The position numbers were made by a program, and so were the translations under genes. A DNA stretch of 64,000 nucleotides from Camelus ferus (Eukaryota). How positions within the stretch are numbered: position 1 is the first letter of the stretch; the number at the start of each line of letters is the position of its first letter. The stretch lies in the NCBI RefSeq assembly GCF_009834535.1, contig NC_045696.1:17796001-17860000 (forward strand), read 5' to 3'. Shown piece after piece: positions 1 to 12,594 of the stretch. The notes under the pieces are model-generated. The model ran no database searches and had not been told where the DNA came from. It saw nothing but the letters and a program-made list of their open reading frames with translations.

Positions 1-559
1 TCTCTTGAAACTTAACACCAAGTACAGCTGTGAGAGGAGAACCCATGATGATGTTTCTTCTTATTTCTACCCCAAATCATTCTTCTTTCTTTCTCTATCC
101 TGGGTATGTAGTAGTATTATTCCCTAGTTTCTTGAGCTTGCTGTTGACATTACTTAAGTAAATCTCCCTCCCTTTCTCCCTCCATAAAACTTGACTTTCA
201 ATACCACCATCTTGCTGAAAAAGTCAGGACTGTCTTCTTTGAGGCTCCAAGCTGACCTATGACATATTTTGAGTCAGACCATCCTTCTCCTCTCATCTGG
301 AGGAAAACAAATCTCAAGCCTCAACCTTAGAAATAGGACATTGGGAAGAAGTGCAATTAAATACTGAACTGCACTGGACAATAACTTGCATTATAAATAA
401 AGGGATACATAAATAATGTATTTTGAAATCCATGTTACCTCCTCCGGGAAGGCCTCTATGCATTCTAAAGAAGGGGTACTTCCTCGTGTGCTTCAACATT
501 GTCCTGGCACATACCTCTACTGTAGAGCATATTCTTTGATGTATTGGCTTCCAGATCCA

Positions 560-705
560 TTTCCCCCACTAAATTGTAAAATACTGGGTGATAGGAAACT
601 CATTTAATTCATTTTTGAATACAGGGGAGATAAGAAGCACAGTGCTTGACATATAGTGATGGCTGACAAATATTTTACAATGTGTGCATGAATTTGAATG
701 ACTAA
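560..705 (+). mobile_element. L2 LINE 3' end fragment
   Basis: ccactaaattgtaaa...agcacagtgcttgacatatagtg...caaatatttt...tgaatgact resembles the recalled L2 3' terminus. Confidence 0.55.
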
Positions 706-3700
706 AGACTTTTATTTTTCCTGATTTGGTTGTGATGATAGAAAATTTACTTCCAAAGACATTTGGCCAATTAAATGAACTGACACATTAGACATCTGGA
801 TATGCAGAGCTGAAATCAACATAATTAGATTGAAATGATAACTAGTTAGGTAGATTTTTTTCTTATTGGAGATCAATCAGGTTATATGTATATATATAAA
901 AATTTATTTTTGATAGCCAGGGGAGGATTCTGTCTTTGTCTACCATTATTTGCTATATACTGTTTATAAACAATTAAAAAAATATCTGTGGCTAACCTAG
1001 GCATCATGGTATAATGTTGTCAAAACCCAGCGTTAGAAACCAAGTGCCTTATCTATATCAAACGCATGTACTCAGACTGCCAATTTAAATCTTAAGGGAA
1101 GCACTCAGTTATATCATAAAGGCATACCTCTAAGTGAGCAGAAGCCAATCAGACAGTTTAAAGTCATTTAAAGTTAATTTATTGGCATCCAATTCAGATT
1201 CAATCCAATGCAGCAATGTTACCGAGATCCAACTGTCCAGAACGGTGGTGAACCTTCATGTTGTTTAGCGCCAAATGACAAATCCATATTTTTGGAACCT
1301 GTGTTGAAAGAGAATCAGAATAAACTGGCTGCATGATAAAGAGAACACTCAGTGTTGTGGCAGGAAATTCATGGGAACACGGGTTCAGTTGGTACCATTT
1401 ACAGATCAAAAAACATGTATTTTCCAGCCACATCTACTCAGTGATGTTCCAAGTAGTACATGTGGAATTATATGATCTTCCTTCTCTCAAAATAGAGATT
1501 TGAAAGAAAGAGGGATTAGAGTCTCCGATTTATTTCATTCTTCCCAGTGTTATCCTCAGTGGATTAAGGATGACTGATGCCGAGACACCAAAACAACTAG
1601 TTTAGATGAAGCGATTCTCGAGGCAGAGGGATGAGGGATGTATCCAGCTGTGCACCTGAGCACTGGGGAAATGCTGATGATACAATGTTCCAGGTTTAGA
1701 AATGTTCATTCTGATAGATTTCATACATACTTGAATCACGCAGGAAGGAGAAAAGCTACGTGAAGTCTGTAGTAAATGTCACATTTGGAATGTCAATTTG
1801 GCATTTTATGAATATACTTCTGACATGGAAATAAAATGAAAAAGGAAGAAATATACATTACAGCTTCTTCTCTTAGACTGTGTCTACATGTATTGAAAGC
1901 ACTCACTACTTTTTCCATTCGTGAAATTTATTTTTAAATCTCCCATTTGGCTGTTACACTGCACAGCGAGTCTTTCAGCAGACACTGCGTTTGGCAGAAA
2001 ATGACAGATTCACTGCATGGTAGTGTCACCACACAGGGCAACCCAAGACCAGCTTCCTAACTTTGATTAAAATGAACAGTGCACAAACTCCGTGTCTTCA
2101 GGTCCCAGCAAAGTGTCTTGTGAACCAAGTCAATGTTTATGAATGTTTCCTGAATTAAACTGTGAACAAAATGATGGAAGATCTAGTGAACTAAATGTTG
2201 CAATTTGTCCAAAAAAAGAATGGAAAAGTCCTATTGTTGGGAATTTAGATTATACTCTTGAAGGAGGCTAATTCATGCCTTACAGTTCTATTTTTTCCCC
2301 CAATATGAAGCACTTATTTTTTTTAATTAAATGAGTTTCAAAATGAGTTTCTTGAACCATAAGGGCTGTTCTTGTGTCTCCAAATGGGCTAAGCTTTTAG
2401 TAACTAACCCACTGTGATGTGACCTCAATTCCATGGTTTAATTTCCATATGATAGATCCCCTCAAAAACACCATCATAGCGTGTCTCAACCACTCAGTTG
2501 AATAGTAAAGTGTCCATTAGTTTGATACATTGCCTTTCTCTTTTAGTACCAGGAAAAATGAGTTCCCTTAAATAATTAGTATAAGCTCCTTTTATCAGAT
2601 AATGAGAATTACATAATCTATCATGTTTCCATTTTTATTCAGGCTTCTGGAACGCAATTAACTAAGTATAATGGCTAACCATGGCAACTAGTTAAGCATA
2701 TATTGATGTATTTTTTTTCATTTTCTTTGGAACAATTTCATTCTTTTCTATCTAATATCTTCATAGTAAACAGACAGTCTTAAGGCATATATTTTAATTA
2801 CATTGTAAGTAACCAGTTAGATGCGGAAGTGGTATCTTTTAGTGTGAGAACAGGAACCCAGCCTTTGTGAATAGACACGTAAGCCTCGGAGGAAGTCTAG
2901 GGAGTTGAGATCAAGGAGAGATCATCTATATAGACCTGTAGAGCTGAGAGAGCCAAGGTTTTTACCTTGATTTATAGATGAGCTTTCTAAATAGTATGTC
3001 AAAGTTATTCTCCATGGCAAACATTTGTGACAACATCTCAGTAACATAAGCAGAACTGCAAAGGACAAAACTGAAATAAGTAACACAGCCAAAAGTCGAA
3101 ACAGATTGCTGGTTAAGTCTCTGTATGATTTACTTTGCCCTATTACTGCAATGCACCTTCATCTAAAAAAAAATACCTTAAATCATCAGAACAAGACACT
3201 GCCGAAAAGTCTTTCCACATTTAGTTTCATAAGAAAGAATTAAACAAACAAACAAAAAACCCAAAATACATGGTCCAGATGTACAAAATTAAATTAATAT
3301 TAAGATACACTTCATCTTCATCAAAAAGTAGATACTGAATGCCATGTGCAATCCACTCTTCTATTTGTGAATATTCAAAGTTATGGGTAAGGAATGATCC
3401 TTTGGTAAAATATGTAAGAAGAAGTCAGACTATAAAACTGAGATATTTCTTTGGATTCTTAACTATGCAGCTTTTCTGTGTAACATTTGCATAATATGTT
3501 TAAACAGTAAAGTGCCATTTTACACAAAGGTATTATATTACACATTTTCCTGCTGAGTAATAAATTAACCCAAGTTAAAGTTACTACTATGTTGAAATTC
3601 ATGTCAAAGAAGGTCATAAATGCAGTGTTCGGAGATTACATTCTTTATAAGATGGACAAAGCCAAAAGTCTAAGTTAAACCTGTGTAAGAGAAAGCAGTT

Positions 3701-3951
3701 TAGAAAAAAGTAATATCGAGTATTTAATTCTGTGGATAAGATAATGTGCTATGACGTCTTTTACTATCCAAAGACCATAAAAGTAGTTACTCTGATATAT
3801 TATGCAAGAATTAAAATATAAGATACATAGAAAGAAGAGAAGAAAAAGAACATTGGGATATATTTCTTAAGAGGGAGCCTCTTTTTCAAGGTATTATATC
3901 TGCATCAGTTTATTGAATGTCATTACCCCTCAATGAAGCATTAAAATAAAT

Positions 3952-3953
<2 letters not shown>

Positions 3954-4012
<59 letters not shown>
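3954..4012. repeat. Compound (CT)n(CA)n microsatellite
   Basis: Directly visible CT run followed by CA run. Confidence 0.97.
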
Positions 4013-4015
<3 letters not shown>

Positions 4016-4384
4016 TTCTAGGAAATCCAAGCCCTTAGAACTAACCCACCAACCAAGCAAGCAAACAAAAAGTATTCTTTTTTGGCTTCTTAGAACAATG
4101 GGTGGAACAATTAAACACACTTTTATATTTTATACAAATATCATTTTACAATTGCAATGTTCAGATGCCATGTTCCACCTCACCAGAAATCAAAAATTGT
4201 CCCCAGTACTCTCTGTCTATGGCAAATCAGGAAATTGGTAGCAACTCAAATGCTCAAATGCTCAAATATCCTATAACAGAATGTGACATTATCAGGGTAG
4301 AGAACATATCTTTTCACTTCATCTTCTTGTTCCCGAGATCAGTATAAATGTTTATGCGTTTGGATACAAAGAAAAAAAAAATGA

Positions 4385-4527
4385 CATCACTATTAACTTG
4401 AAGGATCTAGAAAGATTTCATGGTGGAAGTAGTATTTGAACTGACCTTAAAATTTAAGGATGAGAAGAATTTGAATTGGAAAAGATGAGATACAAGGGGA
4501 TTTCAGGCAGAGGAAATGGTGTAAGCC
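4385..4527 (-). mobile_element. L2 fragment, left of Charlie1 insertion
   Basis: gatttcatggtggaagtagtatttgaactgacctt...ggggatttcaggcagaggaaatgg is typical antisense L2; it continues after ~6036. Confidence 0.65.
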
Positions 4528-6035
4528 AGAGTTTCTCATTAGTGTGTTCCATGGACCCTGGTTCCTTCCCCAAGATTCTTCCAGGGAGTTGGCAAGGCAA
4601 GAATTATTTTCATAATAATGCTAAGCTCTTATAGGCCCTCTTCACCGTGTGGACATTTGACGTGATGGCGCTAAAGCAGTGGGGGTAAAACAGCCAGTGG
4701 CCCAGCAAAAAGCTGGGGTTGGGGGGAACCCAAATGCACTCATCGCTGGTACAAAACGCACTTTTCAGTGCCACAGTGGAACACAACAAAATTGGATTTT
4801 AAAAATTATCAAAGTAAAAAGGCTAAAAAATTAAAAATCATTAAGTCTATAGCCCTGAGTAATATCATTTTACTATTTTGTTTGACACAATGAAAAGCAC
4901 ATATAAAGCAGTTCTACCAAGAATAAAGTGGCTGGATTTTCCTTTTTATAGTGTGAAAGCACTTGTAATGGTTGGTTGAGTTGTGAGCTGAACTAGACAC
5001 TTTGCTTAGAATAAATCATTTTTATTTGGAAGAATGACAGATACACAAACTATGGTCTGGGTAACTGTAATGTATTTTCTCAAAATGAATGAGGTTGTCT
5101 GAAAATATGCATTTAAAAGTGTTCAGCTTGTAGATTGCACTTAAAACAGTGGAGTCGGTGTTACTACTTCAAGAGTGAGAAGAGAGAAGAAAAGAGGTCA
5201 AAAACCAACTTGTAAGGCTCTCCAAGATTGAATACTCACTGTCACTTCAAAGAAAACTGAACACTATTTGTTGCAAACAATACAATTCATACTTCAAAAC
5301 AAAAATTCAAATTTTAGGAAACTTGTACTTGCCACCACGAGTTTGACAGCTTCCAAACACTTAAAGATAATTTTGGTAACACTGGTGATACTATTAATAT
5401 GAGTCTTTTGGATATTTAAGAAGAAATATACCAACATTTTCAGGCTCTTCATAGCTTATCAAACTCGTATTTTCCAAATGAACAATGGCACAAAATAATG
5501 TGTGGGCAAACGGTGCAAAGTACAAGAGAAACCAATAGATTTAGTATAACGGAGTTAAAAACCAATATTGTTCCAGATTTTTCATTGTAAATTGTGAAGT
5601 TTTGGTGTAGCATCAAAGACTAATATTCACAATTACCTGAAAAAAATGTAAATGCTTCTCCCTTTTCCAATACTTCTCTGTGTGATGCCTCCTTTTTATC
5701 ACGTTTCCACCAAAACAACGTATTACAACAGACTGAATGCAGAAGGAGCTATAAACATGCAGCTGTCTTCTGTTAAACTAGACATTAAAGAGACTTGCAA
5801 AAATGTAAAATAATGCTTCTCTGATCATTGTTTTTGAAAATATAATTTTCATAAATGTATGTTATGTAAAAATTTTAATAGATTTATCATTGGTACACTT
5901 TAAAGAAATACTAAAAAAACTTTTTAATTTTAAACATGGTGCTAGTAGATTCATCTTACATAAAATATTGTGGGGAACCTCAATGATTTTTAAGAGGAAA
6001 TATGTACCCCTGAGAGCAAAATTATTGAGAATGGA
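4528..6035. mobile_element. hAT-Charlie DNA transposon (Charlie1a-like), near full length, decayed
   Basis: Starts cagagtttctca...ccatggaccctg...attattttcataataatgctaag; internal transposase remnants (gtggacatttgacgtgatggcgctaaagcagtgggggtaaaac; acagactgaatgcagaaggagctat); ends ggggaacctcaatgatttttaagag...cctgagagcaaaattattgagaa. Confidence 0.85.
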
Positions 6036-6230
6036 AGATACAAAGTCAAGAAGGATGGAAAATGCAGAAGGCATGTAAGGGAACAGAAAGAATCCAATTG
6101 GCTTAAACCACTGACTATGTGAACAGCATCAGTATTGAGTAAGACTACAGATGTGATTGGGTCAAACCATCATGGAGGTTGAATGCAAGGCTATAGGTGC
6201 TGGAACCACTTTAGGAAGTGGATAGACATA
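6036..6230 (-). mobile_element. L2 fragment, right of Charlie1 insertion
   Basis: ggcatgtaagggaacagaaagaatcca...gggtcaaaccatcatggaggttgaatgcaaggcta continues the L2 broken at 4527. Confidence 0.55.
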
Positions 6231-7449
6231 GGGGTCCATAACGCATTAATACCTAAACCCTGCAAAGTCAGTGGCATGTTTTACTTTCCACAGAAGTAGA
6301 TAATATATTGAGACTTCAGTATATTTAGTGAACCGTATTCATGTGCTTAATGGGAAATTAATACCTTAAAATAATTTATATAATAAAAAACTATGAGCAA
6401 GGTGAAGAGAATCATCTACATAAAGCATATATCTGGGAAAACTGCCAAGAACTTACTAAGGTGATAAAAGAACCCATGCTTGTTGTAAGGCTCTTTGAAT
6501 TTGGGTTACAGAACAAGCAGTTTGCTGAGCTCTCCGCCCTCCTCTAAAGTTGCAATGCGCCTTAGCACCCTTGGCTGTAACACATCTGTCTATATCCTGA
6601 GAAGATGTTTCTGTCTATTAAGTTAGCATTGTTAAAATATTAAAAATCAAAACAGAAAAAAATTGTCTATTAAATACATCACAGATTTAAAAAATTTAAT
6701 TTCATACCTCTTCTGAGAGTTCAGTGGCTTAGTTTTAAAACTCTTACCCAATTTATTGGCTTTGAGGTCCCTCTGTTTATATTCCTTTCATCAACAAGTT
6801 AGTTTTCCAAGAGTCTCTTGTTGTTCAAGATGTCCTCAGAACTATTATACTATTCTTTATCCCCCAGAAATGAGCTTTATTTATTGTTATAATAACATAT
6901 GCACAATATAGCAGCTAAAAACTTCAATTAAAGTTTGAAAATAATTCCTAAAATGTAAAAGAAAAAAAAAAGCTGATTGAGTGAAATTCCCACAAGAAAG
7001 GAACAATCAGAAAGAAGATACTGTTATTCCAGACACACTTTAATCCATGGAAGGACAATGGCTGATTTTTTTAAAAATTTCACATGCACACTAAATTAAA
7101 ATTGTCCTCATTTTTACTGTTATGCCCACATTTCCTTCACTTAAATTCCATTTTTCACATGGGAATTACTGAGAGGGGAAGATTTACTCTTAGCAGACCA
7201 CAGAGCTCAGTTGGTAGACATTCCTAGAAGTCTGTCACCTCCTCAAGGAGGAGGGTGAGACATAATGAAATAGAAATTCTTTCCTTAGTCTGATGGGACT
7301 GGGGACTCTAATAACCTATATCCCAAGTAAAATTAATCAAATATGTGGATCTCATTATGAGAATAAAAATATTAAAACTTCTACCAGATGCATGTGGATA
7401 GAGAAGTGGTGAAGACTATCTGTTTGAAACATGGTTTCCCAGAGACCAC

Positions 7450-7475
7450 GTTTCAGAAGGTTTAGGTAAAAGTGA

Positions 7476-7506
<31 letters not shown>

Positions 7507-7601
7507 CATGTGTTTCAGAAGGTTTAGGTAAAAGTGTGTGTGTGTGTGTGTGTCTGTGTGTCTGTGTGTCTGTGTGTGTCTTTGTGTGTGCGTGCGTGCG
7601 C
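7450..7601. repeat. (TG)n microsatellite with duplicated 25-bp flank
   Basis: gtttcagaaggtttaggtaaaagtg at 7450-7474 and 7512-7536, each followed by a TG run. Confidence 0.95.
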
Positions 7602-9314
7602 TCACTGGAAGTTGGACACAAGTGGATGGGAGAGCTTGGTGGAGACAAATCTTTTTTTTTTTTTTCTTGTAATGGTAAGTTACCCACCTCAAGTTTCCAG
7701 TCCTAGTCTCAGACAGTGGCATGGAAGACCAAAACAGAGCAAGAATGGAGCAAGGACGTCTCCACGCACTGTTCTCCGGCCACTTATTAATCTCATTTAT
7801 AAATCCTTTCCTGAAGGAGAGAGCGCTCCATGTGGCTGGCTTTCTACAGGATGCTCGTTTTTCTCTAGGCTCAGAAGAAAGTCATACCTTAAGTGAAAGG
7901 ATGTATAGAATTTATCTTCTTTTCGGCTCCATTTCCTAGTTTTCAAACAAATAAATAATCTACATATGTAAACATATATAATATTTTAAAGAAAATATTG
8001 TACTGAAAATTAATATAACACAATGCCTATGCAAAGATAGAAGAACTTTTCCCCCCATCTTCTTAATTTAAGTGAGGGGTGAGTAGAAATGAAATTTTTA
8101 GATAATAAGATCAACAAAGAACATCTTATTTTACATATTTTGAATATTATGATGTTTTAAAATTATCACGTCTGCAACTACATGCCTGGAGTCAAGCACT
8201 TCACATGGGGAGCATCTTTCAGTGACCAATCAACAAAGAAGTAAACTGTTGGCATGGATGGGAAGATGGTGATGAAGAGAGAATTCAATTAATTTTACTC
8301 TGATCTTAGAAAAACTAGGCAGTCATTAAAAGAAATAAAATTATTTAAAAGGACAATGTATTTTAAGATGTTAAAAATAAACATGCATGCATTTTGCTAT
8401 GATTTACTGAATGTTTCATTCTGGAAAGCTTCTCTGTCAGGAGCTGATCAGTGGAACATATGATATAGATACCCTTCATATATATTAGTCTCTGAAGTCT
8501 TGTGTGGTTCATGCAATTTAGTCTTTAATCATGATTACTGGTAGCTTGGAAATGGCTGGGCAGCAGGATTATCTCTGGCACATGGCACCCTGGACACATG
8601 TAAAAGTTATATAGAAGGAACTAAAATTTAACCTCTACTTGGACCCTATTTTTCCCTTAAGACCAGCAGACTCCATGAAAGAAAAGAATGAATAAGACTT
8701 TCTTCATAGTGTTCCCCATAGTTACAGAAGTCTCTCATTAGAATATTTTTACTACAGCAAGAAGTATTTAAGAATGATGTCAGGGAAAAAAAGTATATCC
8801 TTTGGTGAGACTGTCAGAGAGAAGAACGGACATATCCAATCATATAGTTTATGCACACGTTCCTTGTTTTGTGTTATCGCTTTCTGCCGCAGATAAACTT
8901 ATTTTCATCAAAGTGCTCCAAGCAGCTGCTATAATACCTAGATTGGAGCAAATAACTGAATGAATAGATGAAAGAAATAAAAACGGCATGATATAGGGTG
9001 AAATATTACATAGCCGTAAAATATCATGTCTTTGAAAATTATATGACATGAAAAGCATTTGTGTTTAAATAATAAGTTTTTTGAAAAAGGCAAGAAACAC
9101 ACCAGCTTTAATAAGAACAGAAAGAGCAAACATCTTAGCTAATCTTCATGTGGTGTTATTTTCAGACCGGGCACTGCTCTAACTATATCACCAAACACAA
9201 ACTCATGCTTCTCTCAAAACTACACTGAGGCACAAATAATTCTATTCGCTTGTCTCTTTAACCCAAATAATATGATGTAGACCTTTGATTGCAGTGCACG
9301 TTGTTTGGTTACAA

Positions 9315-9700
9315 AGCATGCCTTGTAGATTTTCATAAGAAATTCTGAATTTTATTCTGAGCAAGAAAGAAAGCCACTGGCAGGTTTTGAGCAGAAGATT
9401 AATATGGACTGACATGTTTTAGAAAAGATCAAACCTGTTATCAGGTGTGTAATTTTGTAGTATGACAAAGGTACAATATAGAGGATCCAATTTGATGGCC
9501 CAGAAGTGAGAGATCATTGTGGTTTTGGATTATGGTGTTAGCAGTGGAGCCAGTGAGAAGTAATCAGACTTTGAATGCATTTTGATTAAAAAATCAGCAG
9601 GATGTGATGATGGAACATGTGGAGTGTGTAAAAAATTCAGGACTCAAAGATGATTGTGTCTGGTCCAAGCCACTGGAGGGACAGAGCTGTCATTCTTGAG
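9315..9700 (-). mobile_element. L2 fragment
   Basis: gaattttattctgag...gaaagccactggcaggttttgagcaga...ttttagaaaagatc...ggactcaaagatga. Confidence 0.75.
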
Positions 9701-10325
9701 TTTATCTACAAACTTCCAGCCTTACATAAAAGTGGAATGGCATGTTGAAGGCACTTCTGTGCTGCTTACTTGAAGACAGTGCCTTAACAGTGATCATTAC
9801 ATCATGCACTTTCTCCAAGAGGCAGAGTACACAGCTCTGGAAATCAAGGGATAGAGGTCGAACCCTTTGATTCATCATGACTCTCAGTGATTCACCTGTA
9901 TATAGTATTATGTAGTATTTGTGCTTCTTATTCCAGTAAATTTAGGCTCCGTAGATCTAAGGCCCTGGCTGTTAGAAGGAGACTTTTCCACCAGTGGACA
10001 CAGTGAGATTTCCATTAGGCCTAAATCTATGACTACCACTGGAGCACCTTGGGTCCTTCATGCCAGAAGGTCAGAGAAGTACTAGCCAAGAGGAAGGGAA
10101 TCTAGAATGTGTAGGGGAGGAGGGGGTGATGAGAATCACTTACAAATTCAAAATTGAGTGCTGCAGCAGGGAATTTCCTTTGTCTCACTAACTCTAGTCT
10201 TGTAAGTTTCCCTAGAAATTGTGATTAATTAAAATCCCGAAGGAGCAGTGCCTGTGTGAAGTAAACTTAATGAAAGAAATAAGTTGAAATATAATGAGAG
10301 AGGAAGGCTAATCTGAATGATACAG
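9700..10325 (+). mobile_element. ERVL (ERV3-16A3-like) internal remnant: integrase end and dUTPase pseudo-ORF
   Basis: Hand translation gives SGNQGIE (~9835-9855), FVLLIPVNLGSVDL (~9918-9959) and PPVDTVRFPLGLNL*LPLEHLGSFMP (9988-10065), resembling the ERVL dUTPase region as recalled; contains stops and frameshifts. Confidence 0.7.
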
Positions 10326-10328
10326 AAG

Positions 10329-10610
10329 ATGTATTGCAGCTGACATTGCTGGTACCCTGGCCAGATTACCTTATGAGGTTTATCTACACACCCTCTAGCT
10401 GCTACTAATGACTCAGCTGCCATCTTCTGTGGAGGCAGACTGCATCCCAGTAAGAACTGCCTCATCCAGGAGATTACACACTCCTGTCTCCAGGAGGAAG
10501 AGGGAGTTTCAGGCCAACAATGAACTGACAGGTTATCAAAGTCCATCTTCCCTGCCATATGTGGGAAGAACTCTGTGGTGTGATTTGTATTCCTGTGTTT
10601 CCTTGTAAGA
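10329..10610 (+). mobile_element. LTR16-family ERVL LTR (partial)
   Basis: gctgacattgctggtaccctggccagattacctt...cagctgcc...aagaactgcctc follows the ERVL internal segment directly. Confidence 0.55.
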
Positions 10611-10849
10611 GCCAATGGAATCTAATCTTTTGTTGAAATAACATTCATGTTTAATATCCATCCTGCCCCATCTTACTCTCCTTACCTGAAAGAACGTCCT
10701 CAATACATCACATTTCAAGGCTGCCATTCCTGCCCTTTGGTAGGTAGCAGAGTAGAAGTCAGCATCCACTCTCGAAGGAAGCACTAGATCAATATTTAAG
10801 GCAGGAGTAAACAAAGTTCAATGTTAGAGCAGAATAAAAGCAAATCATT

Positions 10850-11670
10850 CTTGACTGGGTGAGAAAAGGAAGAGATGAGGTTTCAAATGCATATGTACAA
10901 ATGAGAAGTGTTGATGGTAATGAGGGAGCACTGCATTCTGGGTAGAAGGAATTCTCGGAATGCATTCCAGAGGAATGTCTCTGATGCCAGGATAAAAGAT
11001 CTGGAATTATCTTGGGAACAAGGAATCTCAGATTGTCTTTGAACAGGAAGAACCTACTTATATTTCAGACATGTAGACCAACTGGACCATGTTGAGTAGA
11101 ATGAATTGGGGGTGCAGAGCCATGGCCATGGGCCTCAGTCATCATGTCGGTGCTGGACGGTGCTGTGGGAGCAGACTTTCTAGAATGACTAGAAAAAGAC
11201 AGGTTTATTTCAATAGTCTTGTTAACATACAATAATGGATTAAGTTTGATGATGTTTGAGGGATGGAAACAAAGGGAAAATTTAACTTATATTTTCAATG
11301 TATTTCTCTTTTAATGCCAACTAACTTCCTAAAGAAGGAAAAGAGGAGAAAACGTCAAGATTGAGGAGGGTCCAAATCTTTCTCTGCAGAAGAATGGTGA
11401 TGTGGCATCCAGAAACAGAAAAAGTCACAGGCAAAAACTTGGTTTGGTTGAAGTGTCTATGAGCACAAACTTGGACACATCAAATTGAGTCATTTGTAAG
11501 ACATATTAGACCATTAACCAATCAGAATGAGAATTTTAAAATAATCTGAAGCTATGTTTTAAAAGACCTGCAGCCCCACAGAGGTGAGGAAGCCTCTGAT
11601 GGAGAGTGAATAAATGCGAATAGAAGAGGGTCACAGATAAAATTTTGGGGACACTTATTAAGAGACTCTC
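10850..11670 (-). mobile_element. Degenerate L2 fragments
   Basis: Purine-rich antisense L2-like blocks, e.g. gaagaatggtgatgtggcatccagaaacag and gaatagaagagggtcacagataaaattttggggacac. Confidence 0.45.
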
Positions 11671-11814
11671 AGAGAAAGGTAAAAAGGCAAATTTGAACTA
11701 ATGTAGTGATGAAGCACTATTCATACATCTTTTAATAAACTTCAAATTTGAAAAGTTTCATTTGAAGCTTAGTCAGTTCAACAGCATATAACCCCATTGT
11801 AGACTTTAGGATCA

Positions 11815-11962
11815 ATACGGTAGTGGAAAGAATATGTTTCTGGAATCAGACTATCTGCACTTGTGGTATCCTGACTGTGTTATTTAATATCCCTAGTAGA
11901 CATCTTTCTTACCTGCAAACACAAATAATAATAAATGCTTAATAAATTTATGTTTGCAAAAT
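11815..11962 (+). mobile_element. MIR SINE, 5' part (3' part at ~12595-12660)
   Basis: ggtagtggaaagaat...tctggaatcagactatctg; resumes after the L1 poly(A) as tagtgccaaatacaatgtcaggtactcagtaaat. Confidence 0.6.
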
Positions 11963-12120
11963 TAGTGACCTATTTGGTCCTGGGCTTTTTTTTTTTATTG
12001 GGAGGTTTTTGATTACTGATTAAATGTCCTTACCACTTATATGTCTGTTCAGATTTTGTATTTCTTCATGATTCCTTCTTGGTTGGTTGGTTATTTGCTT
12101 CTAGAATTTATCCATTTCTC
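11963..12120 (-). mobile_element. L1 ORF2 fragment, inverted
   Basis: tttggtcctgggctttttt...gggaggtttttgattactgatt...gtctgttcagatttt...ctagaatttatccatttc is antisense L1 ORF2. Confidence 0.8.
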
Positions 12121-12594
12121 CCTGAAAGACATTATATTAAGTGAAATCAGTCAGTCATAGAAGAACAAATAGTGTGTAATTCCACTTACATGATGTGCCT
12201 AAAACAGTCAAACCCATAGGATGGTGGTTGCCAGGGGTTGGGGACAGAGGGAACTGAGGTGTTGTTCAAGGGGTATAAAGGTACAGTTACAGAAGATGAA
12301 TGAATTCGAGAGCTCTTTTGAGCAACATAGTAACTATAGTTAACACCACCATGCTGTGCACTTAAAAACTTGCTGGGAGGTAGATCTCATGCTAAATGTT
12401 CTTCAAAAATAAAAAAAAAGGAATGGATATATGAAATCTTTTGGAAGTGTTGGATATGTTTATTACATTAATTGTAGTGATGATATCATGGGTGTACACA
12501 TATGTCCAAAATCATAAAAATGTATACATTAAATATGAACATTTTGGTGCATTAAGGATACCACAATAAAGCTGGAAAAAAAAAAAAAAAGAAG
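12121..12594 (+). mobile_element. L1MB-type 3' end with poly(A)
   Basis: gacattatattaagtgaaatcagtcagtca...ggtggttgccagggg...gtagatctcatg...caataaagctgg followed by an A run. Confidence 0.85.

Noticed and set aside
7204..7218. agctcagttggtaga, a tRNA D-arm/A-box-like motif
   Set aside because: No downstream GTTCRA B-box or cloverleaf; not a tRNA or recognisable SINE
7355..7896. Overlapping 76-120 aa ORFs rich in HT or CV
   Set aside because: Translations of the (TG)n microsatellite
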